A stretch of DNA of 64,000 nucleotides from Antedon mediterranea (lineage: Eukaryota; Animalia; Echinodermata), in the NCBI RefSeq assembly GCF_964355755.1, contig NC_092674.1, forward strand, positions 16,058,001 through 16,122,000. The letters are read 5' to 3'. The notes beneath the pieces were generated by a model that was not told the origin of the DNA, made no database searches, and worked only from the letters and a program-made list of their open reading frames with translations. Positions 25,150-37,400 of this stretch are shown here, one piece after another. Numbering within the stretch: the stretch's first letter is position 1; each line of letters opens with the position of its first letter. The position numbers were made by a program, and so were the translations under genes.

Positions 25150-27070
25150 TTTGTTTGTTTGTTTGTTTGTTTTTACTGATTTTCCACACAAAATGAATAT
25201 GATAATTAGGTAACAATAAACATATATATATATACAAGAAAGATGTGTGGCTGGTGGGCAAATAGGTTCAAAGAACTTTAAGGCTTACCCACCAGAAAAG
25301 ATACAATAAACATTATCAAGTATAACGAGTAATTAATACATAGTAAAAAATAATGTAATTGGTTTTGGATATGTTAAGAATTAATTTATTGCATTTTAAC
25401 CAGTTTGATATGTTACAAAGTTCATTGTTCATGATATTAAATAAAGTGTTAAGATTAGAATGTGAATAAAATATGTTAGTATCATCGGCAAAAAGAATAA
25501 ATTTGAGTATTCTAGAGCTGGAGGGTATGTCGTTAACGAAAATAGAAAATAAAAGTGGGCCTAAGATTGAGCCTTGGGGAACTCCACATGTAATAAGTGA
25601 GTAACTAGAAGTAAAGGAATTGACAGAGGTAAATTGGTAACGATTAGATAGATAACTTGTAATGAGTTGGAGAGGAAGGCCTCTGACTCCATAATGTCTA
25701 AGTTTATATAGAAGGATATCATGGTTAATGGTGTCAAATGCCTTTGACAAGTCAAGGAAAAGTCCAATAGTAAATTTATCATTACTTAGGGCTTTAGTTA
25801 TATTATCATAAATGTCTAATAAAGCAAGATCCGTTGAGAAGTTTTTCCTAAATCCATACTGATGTTCAAATAATATATTGTGCTTGTTAAAAAAGGACGA
25901 GAATCTAATATAAATTAAGCGCTCAAGAATTTTGGAAAAAACAAGAAGTAAGGAAATTGGTCTATAGTTACTAAAATGATGAACATCATCTTTTTTATAA
26001 ATCGGAAAACCCTTAGCAATTTTTAGTAAATCAGGGAAAATACCAGTTTGTAAACAACTATTAAAAATATGGGTAAGTGGTTTGCATATGGAGTAAGAAA
26101 TATATTTGATAATTTTGTTTGAAAAACCATCGAAACCAGGGCATTTTTTATTTTGGAGGCCATAAATCATTTTCAGTAACCGGGGTTAAAAAAAGAGAAT
26201 TGTTCAATGGTTGTGAAAAGAGAGGTAGTAAAATCAGTATTATTATTGATAGTTGATGTTTTAATATTGTTGACAAGTTTAGGGCCAATGTTAATAAAGT
26301 AGTCATTAAATTTAGAGGTAATTTGTTGAGGATCTAAAATTTTAGAATTGTTGTGTAAAAAATACGAGGGCAGAGGTTTTTTAGAATTTTTTCCCAGTAC
26401 ATTATTGATTGTTTGCCAAGTTTTTTGAATATCGTGTTTATAAAGATTAAATTTATCAGAAAAATATTTTTTTTTTATTATACGAAGTAAATTGGTAATT
26501 TTGTTCCTATGTTGAGTATACTTATCTCTGTCCTTATGTTTACCAGATTTAAGGTATTTTTTATATAGTTTGTTTCTGGTATCGATGGATTTTATTAGCC
26601 CATGGGTTATCCATGGCTTTGTAGTTTCTTTAAGGAGGTTACGTTTATGTCGAACAGTTTTAATACTATCATTGTAGAGGGTGCTAAATCTATCATGAAA
26701 ACTGTTATAAGCGTGGTTGGGATCATTGTCTATGTTATATATATAAGACCAATCTTCATCTAATAAACTGTTGTTTAGTGATGAGATAGAATTATTCGTC
26801 TCACATTTCAAATAAATGTATTTGGACGTAGTGTTTAAAGTTGGAGAAGATGATATGGACTTTTGAATTAAAGAAAAAACTGGGAAATGATCAGAATTAT
26901 CAGAATAAAATATGCCGGTACAAATATTGTCTGATATATTATTGGTAAAGATATTATCAATTAGAGTTGCGGTTGATCTAGTTACCCTAGTGGGTCTTGT
27001 CGTTAATGGAAAGAAGTTGGATTGAAATAGGGAGTTAATAAAATCTAATCTTGTGGAGTTAATCATTAAT
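25150..27070 (-). mobile_element. CR1-group LINE (APE endonuclease C-terminus + RT), 5'-truncated, frameshifted, internally deleted
   Basis: PTRVTRSTATLIDNIF...SDHFPV (endonuclease); KPWIT; NYRPISLL, QYGFR, DLSKAFDTI, GVPQGSILGPLLF, FADDT (RT). Frameshift at ~26172; (AAAC)n tail at 25152-25172. Confidence 0.95.
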
Positions 27071-28299
27071 CATTCATCATTAATCATTTGTTACTGAATA
27101 ACCAAACTTTAATGTTAAATTTAAATTATTAATAGTTCTATTCTATGTTATATTTTGCAACAGTTAGATTGCATATTATTATTACGATGCGTTAAACTCT
27201 ATGTTGTAACAGATGTGTAAGGTTTGTTTTACCATAATACCATGTTGAAAGAAATAATATGAAGTGTACGCACGCACATTGCGTCTGCTGCTGTCATACG
27301 TACTTATACATACTTATTATAAGCGTAAGTTTAAACTTATATAAAAAGGTGTCGCTTAATGTTAACAATGTGTATTAAAATATACTTTTGTAATATATGT
27401 GAAGGTACACAGGAAAGTGAAGGTACAAATTGTATGTAGCAGTTATATACTGTAGTAATATTATAGAATACGAGTGTCATATATAGGCGCCTATACACAG
27501 ATCAATATTGAAACTCAATCTAATTAGTTCTCCTTGTTCAGTTTGTAATACAACATATTGATCACAAGTGGGGTTAATTAATATAAACATTACAATAATA
27601 TAATATAGTACAACAATAATAATACAATATTTGAGAAAACCCATTTAAGCACAAGAGAGAAAAGGCAGGAATTAGCCGCAGCATTGCTGAAATTGCAAAA
27701 GTAGTTTTATCAGCTTAGTTGAGCGCTAACAGTCAGCCTAAGCTGGTTGCTCCCTGGGGGCTGCGAAAATTGTAAGTTACAGAACAGTAAAATAAATTTT
27801 TGTTTTGGCAATATAGTATTGCTAAAAAAGCTAAAAAAAAGCAAACTTTGTTGAAAAAATTGTTACTCGATTTGACTAAAGACATAATTAAAATAGCAAT
27901 ACTACTGAAATGGCAAAAATAGCAATAGTAAAGCGAAATGTAGCTTTAATAATGACAAAAATAGCATTAGCAGCTAATAAAGTGTAGAATAGCTGATTTA
28001 AAGCAAAACATAACCACAATTGTGTTGCTCCACAAAAACCAATCAATTGGGTTTTGAAACCCGTTTTTTTTTAAATCAGAAAAACTTGGGGTTTTTTTTT
28101 ATCAGAGGGCCATTTCTAGTGCTGGAGAATAAAACCTTTTTCTTGCCATCACAAACAGGCCCAACGGGTACATTTGTGTTGATAAGAAAGCACCGAACTA
28201 AAGGACTGGATTGAAAATAGCCAAGAAGAAGGCAGTAACGGCGTTCCATAATCAGTATCCATTCGTTGTGAATTAATATCGTGTACGTGGTGTGTGTGT

Positions 28300-28330
28300 G
28301 TGTCGTCACACTTTACGCCATTTTGATCGA
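28300..28330 (+). promoter_or_regulatory. Candidate TM9SF2 core-promoter elements (YY1-like CGCCATTTT, CRE half-site CGTCA)
   Basis: CGCCATTTT at 28316-28324 and CGTCA at 28304-28308, ~100 bp upstream of the ATG in a CpG-containing patch. Confidence 0.35.
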
Positions 28331-28420
28331 TTTAAGTGTCGGTGTTTTACTCTTCATTTTGTGGTACAACCAAGAGCACTCTGCTATAATTATCAATAAG
28401 AATTGCTTGATTTAAAAAAA

Positions 28421-31400
28421 ATGAAAATAAAGGTGCTGATAGTTGCTATATGGATGTTGGTGGCATTTGATAAATCCTTGATACAAGGGTTTTATTTGCC
28501 AGGCCTTGCACCGGTTGGCTTTTGTGAGAAGGAGACTCAGGAATGCAAGGTGGGTACGGTCGGTGTGAAAAGGCTATTGTATAGGCCTAGCTAGGGCCTA
28601 TAGGCTATAGACTATAATACTGGGAATAGGTAGGAGACCTAACACTCAGTATACTAGGTCTGCATAGCTGGGCTAGGCCTACGCGCTACTATGTACCAAC
28701 AATACATTAATATTAATACTAGGCCTAGCCTAATAATAGCCTTAGCTTAGCTAGGTTTAGGGCCTAAAACTAATAGGCTAGGCCTAGCTAGTAGTAGGGG
28801 CCTGCCAGTGCATGACCATGTAGAAGATTTTCGTTGAATGAAGGGCGCTAGTTCCGTTTCGCACCTGTTATTATTTCGAGTTTTGCCTTCGACTCCAAAC
28901 TAGTTAAGTAACTTATTGTGAATACCACACCCACACCTAATAAAATTGGGCCTCATTTATAACTTAGTAGGGATCAGGTGCCGTTTTCGGCCACCTCGAC
29001 TTGTATGGACTATACCATTATAAAAATAGGGGTGGACTGTCCCATTTATTAATTGAGTGTGTTAAAATACTTTTTCTTTTGTTTTTCTTGTTGTTTCAGC
29101 AACAAAGGGAAAACAACTACGCCCTGCATGCTGTAGAATTAATTTCAGTTTTCAAGTTAATGCAGTATACTATGGCTCTTTATTTCTATATAATTTTTAC
29201 AGATTTATAGATACAGAAAGTAGGCCTATATAATTTATAAAGAAAGTTTTTATTCCAGTTACAAATAAAAAATATAATTTACCTAACGATAACACAGTAG
29301 TACATTTAATAAAGATGACAGTAGTATATTTATCACATACTGATTATTAGGTAATCAGTAAAACAAATAAACATTATAATTTTGTCAATGAATCTGTACC
29401 ATTTTGTTCCCAGAAAACACAGCGTTTGACATTGCATGTTTTTAGGTTTGGTCTTTCTAAAATGTTTTAAACAAGTTTTTAAACGTTTCTGTGTAGAAAT
29501 ACATGTTCTAATTGAACAACGTTTGCATCAAAACGTTATAATAGCGAATGCAAAACGGAGCTGATAATGTCGCCATGAAGAGGATTGATTGGTGTCTTCC
29601 AATATAGCATGGAAAACATCGGCAAGCCGTTAGCTGTAGAACGAGTCAAGCATTTGCATACTAGACAAACCAATTACTTTCCCCGCTCTACCCAGCACCT
29701 TCTCAATTCGGTCTTTATCCCCTTACATTTCCTTACTGATATTCCCAGCCCAGTATACAATATGCCCAAATAGAACATCACTGATTAGTAAAACATAAAC
29801 ATTCTATAGTACAAATATCCTACTTTACCCCAAAGAACCGAGTTTCCTCAAGCAGTACAGCCTTGTAATTAACTTCTTAACTACCATCATGTCCACCCAT
29901 TTAGCTTTAGTCAAACACTACTGCCAGATACTTATAATTGTTAACAATCTCTACTTCCTTTACTTTAATTAATGTATACTGTCAGACCAATTATGTTTTC
30001 GAAAATCAATCCTTATTTCTTTCGTTTTATTTATGTTTAATTCAAGAAAATAAAAAATATGATTTATCTACCGATAGGATTGGGCCGATTAGAATGCATT
30101 TGCCAACATTCTTTTACATATTTCACAACATTATAGAGTTTAGGTAATTTAACCGATTGTAATGTAGTATTTAGGATAGTTTAATATCGATTGTACTGTA
30201 GTATTTAGGATGTTTTAATTCCGATTGTATTGTAGTATTTAAGATTTTCTAATTTCGAATCCGATTGTACTAAAATTTAAAGTGTTTAAATCCAGATAGG
30301 AATAACATAGGCCTAGTATTTAATATGCTTTAATTTTTATTATACTGTAGTGTTTAGTTTAGTTTTTATATATAATAAGTAAGTATACCTACTTATATAG
30401 TTTTTATTTATTTATTCATAGGAATCACCTTTATATCGGTGTCACACACATTTATCAGTTAATGGTGCATCCAATTTAGGCCTACAGACAAAATTACAAA
30501 TAACATAAGCCACAAAGTTCTAAATACTAATACATAACATCAAAACAAAATGTAAACTAATTAATTAATTAGATCTGTATGAAAATACATAATACGTAAA
30601 TTGTACAATATATATAACTACAAAAATAAAAAAAGAACAACAAAAATACAGGATAGGCCTAAGAAATAAATAAAACTTACAGATACATCCTCATAGAGAT
30701 GTCTGTAGCTTGTTTACTATATTAATCAATTTGTTGAGAGAGGTAATGCTGATAACATTGTAGATCTAGTAACCCATGCTTTCATTAAATATTTTTTACA
30801 ATAAAAATCAAAGATTTTTCCTAATGTTTCATTTTCAGTGAATAAATTGTCTAGCATAAAGTGGTGTTTTAATTCCTAAGGTCCACAATTAAAATTATCC
30901 CGGTACATACTTAATTATTGTCTAACAGAGTTTAATGAAGGACATTTAAATAAAAAATGGTTTACTGTTTCTTTTTCGTTAGTACTGTACACATCTTACA
31001 TAATCCTGTGTTATGATTTGACCAGGATTGTCTACGACCCTCAAGATCTAGAGAGTTTGATCTTTCTTTAAATTTTAAATTGATACTCTTAAAATTAGTT
31101 TTATCTAACAAATATTGTTCAAGGTTTGGTTCCTTTATACATAGTATATTCTGTTAACGTTGTTTTGCATGGAATTTCGTTTTGCTTTGGGCCTTTGAAA
31201 ACCACTCGTTATGATCAACTTGTTTATTATTTTTCCTAAATGGCTTTATCCAGTTAGTAGATGGTTCTTCATTGAATTTGTCTATAAAATTTGTTTTATT
31301 TAAAATATCTTTAGTTAATATAGTAATTGTTACAAAATCTTGGCATTCCCTATAACACAGTACCTAATAATAACATGCCTTATAAAAAGTACATGCATTG

Positions 31401-34400
31401 CTAGTTTTTGATGTTCTGTATTGTTCCTTGTAGTTTGTACTGTAGGTTACATAACAGAACAATTGTATTGTCTTCCCATTCAATAGACACCCTTCTCTAC
31501 ATAAAACATAATACACCACACCCCTATCATAATAATGGTATAGTCCATATAAGTCGAGGTGGCCGAAAACGGCACCTGATCCGTTTATTTTGCTTTCCCA
31601 GGACCTAAAAAGCATTTGTCACATAATTAACCATTACTTTTTTTAGAGACAGAAATTAAAAAAGAAAAATAATGCCAAGCAAGGACTTTTTTTTTTCAAA
31701 TATGTTATTTTATCAAATTAGTGTTACAACTTACTTTAGCGGAGTATGGATTATTATGCATATTTTAGAAATATTTATGAAAATTATTATAAATGTTTAA
31801 TTTATCTTTGACTACCAAATGCAAAAAATTGCTAAATAATTCATAATAAATCTATATCTTTTCATCAGAACTTATTTCTTCTCTTCAAAATAAGACCAAA
31901 CTTGACCATTATGAATGAATGGTTTTGAAACTATTAATAAATTAGTAGACGATATGGGGCCTTCAGTAGGCCTTTCGGGAGCGGCCCCGAGAGCGTCGTC
32001 GCCGCTGTTCATTCAACCTGGAAACATCCTGAAAGCGACTTGGAATTCGCCATTCTCACGCGCGCCAGCGTTTATCGGGTGCTTATTCCGCTGTCTCAGA
32101 TGTGAGCTTGCAGGAAATTAAACGTTCAAGAAACTTATCAAACCAAAACAAGTTTGGTATCAAAATATTTGTCAAAGGTTAGGCTTCAAACTCACATTTG
32201 CGCAAAGTTTGAAACAATATTTCATGCCTATAATGGCATGCATCTGACATGTCAAGGTTCATATTACAACAAAGGTAGACAACATGGCGCGGCCCTCGTG
32301 AGGACATGGCCACGTCTTTTCTCTGGTAGAAAAATCAAATTTTTACATAGAAATATGAGGATTTAGACACTGTAACTGATAAATAATCTTTATTTACAGT
32401 ATTATATATTTATTGTATACAAGCTTCAAAATAGTGATTATTACAATTCATGAATTTAAAGGATTTATTTGTTACTTTTTCTGTGATTCTCTATCGTAAA
32501 AGTACTTATGAGGTGTGATATTCAGGATGAAGTTCCTTAACAAATTTGGAGTAGAAATAAAATACAGGTGCGAAACAGAACTAGCGCCAGTGTATATGAT
32601 CAAATCAGTACCTAGTCGTAATAATAATATTCAATAGATTTATTGTCACATAATAAGGTGTTTCTGTTTGTTGTTTGTGTAGTGTTTCTCTTTCTATAGC
32701 AGAGCCTATCCTATTTTAGCCCTGTTTGTACTGTACTGTAGCTATCCTAAAAAAGTAATGTAGGCCTAGGATACAAAAATATAATCAAAACCGTACATCA
32801 TAAATTTACACATTGAGGTTACCTATGTTAATGATACAGTAATTACACGTTTTGTGTAGGCCTACAGTATAGGGCCACTTACTGTACACATACTGTACAG
32901 TACTGTAGGCCTCGTAACAGAGGCCTACAGTACCTAGTAATCCTAACCTAATAATAATATTCAATAGATTTTATTGTCGCATAATAAATATAAAATGATT
33001 TGGTTCTTTATTACATTACAATCATTAAAACATCGATAAAACCATTAATAAAACAGATTTAAAACACAAGAATATCAAAAAGGTTAATTATCAAAATTGT
33101 TGATTTAAAGTAGAATTTATTTGATATTGTTTAAATTATGCCTTATTCTTAATTTTTTTTTTTTCAGAATCTCATTAAAATGTTTGTCAACCGTCTTGAC
33201 TCGGTGGAGAGTGTAATACCTTACGAATATGATAAGTAAGTGGTTTTTTTTTATGCTCATTCTATGTCAACCAGAACTCCTTGCTCGACTGTCAATTTTA
33301 CAAGGTTGAACTTGATTCAAGTTCAAACTTGTAATTCTAATAGTAGGTATCCCAATGAAAGCGTACAGAGGGGTATCACTTTTGAAATATTAAAAAAATT
33401 TGAATAAGTAGTATGACTTTGATGGTAAATAAATCGTGTTCACTCTTAATTAATACTTAAAAAATTTATATTGTTTGAAAGTACTTGTTTTCTATGTATA
33501 AGTGTGTTTACAATTAAAATTAATGAAGTAGTTGCCGAGAAAATGCGATTTTAAAACGGTTCTAAAATCCTGTCGAGCCGATTTCCGCGCGTTGAAAACC
33601 TCATCGGAAAATCCCCATCAGTTTTCAAAATACGATCGCACGATTACCATTGAAGCTAGCGGATTAATTTTTGTTGTATGTTATCAGTAGGTATCCCAAT
33701 GAAAGCGCACAGAGGGGTATCACTTTTGAAATATTGACGAAATTCGAAAAAGTAGTATGACTTTGATGTTAAATAAATCGTATTCAGTCTTAATTAATAC
33801 TTACAAAATTTATATTGTTTGAAAGTACTTGTTTTAATCTATGTATAAGTGTGTTTATAATTAAAATTAATGAATTAGTTGCCGAGAAAATGCGATTTTA
33901 AAACGGTTCTAAAATCCCGTCGAGCCGATTTCCGCGCGTTGAAAACCTCATCGGAAAATCCCCATCAGTTTTCAAAACACGATCGCACGATTACCATTGG
34001 AGCTAGCGGATTAATTTTTGTTGTATGTTATCAGGCTTTAAATAAGCTTTAATTTGATACGAAAATCGTCTTCTATAAATAGGTTTTTCGTAACGAAAAG
34101 TCAATTTTTGTGACAAAAATCCAATTTTGATTCACCGTTTATGGAAAAATATTTTGGTATTAAATTATAGCTAAATCTACATTGAAATCGATAAAACATA
34201 GTTTACAAACGTATTGTGCATGGTAATTGAGCGAACTACATTTTAAAATGGTGCATGAGGCGTAAATCCCGTTCAAAATTTTAAAGATCCAACCATTATA
34301 ATCCGGTTAATATTGTAGTGAGTAAAATATTGTACTCTAAAATACGCGCGTGTTTGTTGTGGCGTTTTCCGTTAAATACATTAATGCACCCTATCAGCGA

Positions 34401-37400
34401 ATGGTACGTTCCATATTTTGAACACTTTGTTTAGTTTTCCTCGCTCGAGTTCGACCGGCTCGACGCGAGATGTGTGACAGCAGCGATGTCGGAGATTGAC
34501 ATGTCCTTTTCCGTCGTAGAATATCTGGTTTTACACATTAATTTAACAACTTAAAATTGATGTAATGTGCGGAAGATTTATTATGCAAGTATACAATGCA
34601 AATGCGTTAGGTTAAAATGTACCGAGGAAATTTATTAAGCTAATTTACCAACGTTACATTTGACTCTGTATACGGCGGCCGAAAGTCATTAACTGCGACC
34701 GAAATACTTTAACGGAGCGACTACTGATCGCGAGTAAGCCGTGACTTGGCCTAAACTTTAGCTCCGTATTTGGGTGTTTCCATAAATTAAGGGGCCAGTG
34801 GGTATTTTAGTATTGGTGATAGTTAGTTTGCTGTTTACTCTAAATTGGTAATAGTTATTTAAAAAATGATTTTATCATATGATAGAACAATAATATGGGT
34901 TAATACTATTACATGTTGGAAAAAAAAAATTGCAAAAAAAAACGATTTTTAAAAAAAATATATCGTGGTGTCTAGCTCATTTTATTAAAATATGTGTGAC
35001 ATTTAAATACACTGACATATCAGAGTTTAAAAAATATACTACAGCAATAGTTATTTTGTATTTATTTATCATCACAATAGAGTACAAAGCAACGTTAAAT
35101 ATAAGCTAATTACAATTTCCCACGATTTTTTGTTTTCCACACAACGGTCCGCGACGTCCAGCATCACAACGTAACATTTCGTGTCTCACTTTGTTACGTT
35201 GTTAGTACGATCTTTATTAGTGAACAGACACAAGAAGTACCACTATAATGACGAAAATCGAATTACATTCACTACAACAGATCACTGAAATTTACCTTAC
35301 ACAATGTTCTACAAAATGGCGATTTTATTTAGTCAGTTACAGACGAAAAACTATTTTTTTAGAACATTTCGTGTCTCGTATAATCGTTACGTAGTTATTC
35401 ATAGACCATCGGTGGTGAACGCCGCGAGAGCTATTTCTGAAGTTGAAGGTCACGTGATTCAAGAAGCAGGCGAACTAAAGTCTCGGCGAAAAAATCATCG
35501 CTAGGATCCGCGCTAATTTCGAGTTACAGCGGTAGAGACTTTTCGTGTCCCTCTGTTACGTTGTTTCAACTGTTACGTTGTAAATAACTTCTACGCGCTT
35601 CATTGCATGTAAGTTTTGTGTATTTTTATTTTGTAAGTTTTTAGAATTTAGAAAATAGTGGGTTATAATGAAAAATACAAGAAAATTAAACGCCAAAACT
35701 ATCTTCGTACTCTACGTCAACATCATAGTCAAAAACTGGGTGTCGTATACACAATGAGACACGGTTACGTTGGTAGTTTGTTGATACTATATAGTTGATA
35801 TTTGTTTTAATGTGGTAGGAATGTTGTTTATCTCATAGCAGCTTCATAATGTATACCCAATGAACAGATATGTCTATAATTGATTAATATTTAACAAATT
35901 AATGAGCAAAATTGCAAAACATTTTCCACTAGGCAGGTTACAGCGTAACATCGTAGAAGATACGCCGTGTCTTGTTACGTAGTGTACTAGACCTTATACT
36001 GGTGTAGTATTTTGCAAATAATTAGCAATTAGTTACCATAAAATCTTTAAATTTTACATTATGTGTTTGCTATTTGGTTATTGCTTCTATATGACACAGA
36101 AAAATAAAAAGTTATTTAATTATTGTCACAAGAAATAGGGATAAAAGTCCATAGTTTACAACCACTTTCAGAATAAAAACAAATTCGTCGTTTTTGACTA
36201 TTCTATTTGTTACAGTAGGAAAAAAAAGAATTGTATTTGGTTCATTTCAGTTATAATAAAAAACATATTACACAAAATAATGTGTAATATTAGTACATAA
36301 TTTTGTTTATTTATTTAACGTTGCTATTCGACAAGATAAAATATGAATTAAATGTTTACTATAATATACATTTAAAATACCCTCCACTATAGTGAGCGAG
36401 TCCAAGCAACTTGGTTGTCGCGTATGCGCGCCTATCATATTTGGGCGATTTCACTTGATGTGTAGGGAATATTTAACTTGTTTCAATTACAATCTACGGA
36501 AGATATACTAAGGTTTTATAAATTTAATAATAATTAATAACTTTATTTAAATTGATAAAAACAATTACATATAATATAAACGCAAGGCTGTGGATAACAA
36601 TTTATTATGAACGAAATCAAATCAAAACAACAAAGAACAATAGGTTCTCCTAATAGTAATAGGATAGTATTACCACGTGCTTGGGCAATGAACTCTGCTC
36701 CACATTGCGATAAGTTTATTTTTAGCTGGCTCGGCGACTCCGAAGCTGAAAGGGGTGACTGGTATTTCTACAGGTCTGTACGATAATTATTAAGGGTTTT
36801 CCGAAATATCACGTGCTTGGCTAATGAGCTCTCCTCCACATTGAGATCGCGTTTATTTTTTAGCTGACTCGGCGACTCCGGCGGTATTTCTACAGCGAGA
36901 GTGTATATACTCCATGTACGATGATTATTAATAGGGTTTTCCGAAACACCACGTGCTTGGCTAATAAAATTCTCCTCCAAATTGAGATCGCGTTTATTTT
37001 TAGCTGTTCAGTTTGATGGACCTTTATTTTTTAATTTTTATTGAAAACCAACGTGATTGCTGGCTCGGCGACTCCCGGTGCTCAAATTGGGTGACTGGTA
37101 TTATTTCGGTCATGGTTCGGTGAACCTTTATTTTGTTGGCCAAAACCCACACGCTTGCTTCGTCGGCTCCCTACAAAGAGATCGCGCTTAGTTTAATGGG
37201 GAACCTTTATTTACTCTTCGTTTTAAATATATTCCATAGACTTCAACATTATAACTAGTCTACTGTTTTCCCGATGTGGTTTAAAAACAATTATAAAAGA
37301 ATGAGAAATAAAGTCAACAGACATTTTACAACATTTAAAAATAATACGTAAAAAACATTTATACCCAGTATAACTAAGACAAAATTATCAGTAACATATT

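Larger units (their letters stand above)
28844..32588. mobile_element. Element bounded by ~80-90-bp imperfect inverted repeats (TM9SF2 intron 1)
   Basis: GGCGCTAGTTCCGTTTCGCACCTG...TCCAAACTAGTTAAGTAACTT..TGAATACCACACC (28844-28931) matches the reverse complement at 32511-32588. Confidence 0.75.
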
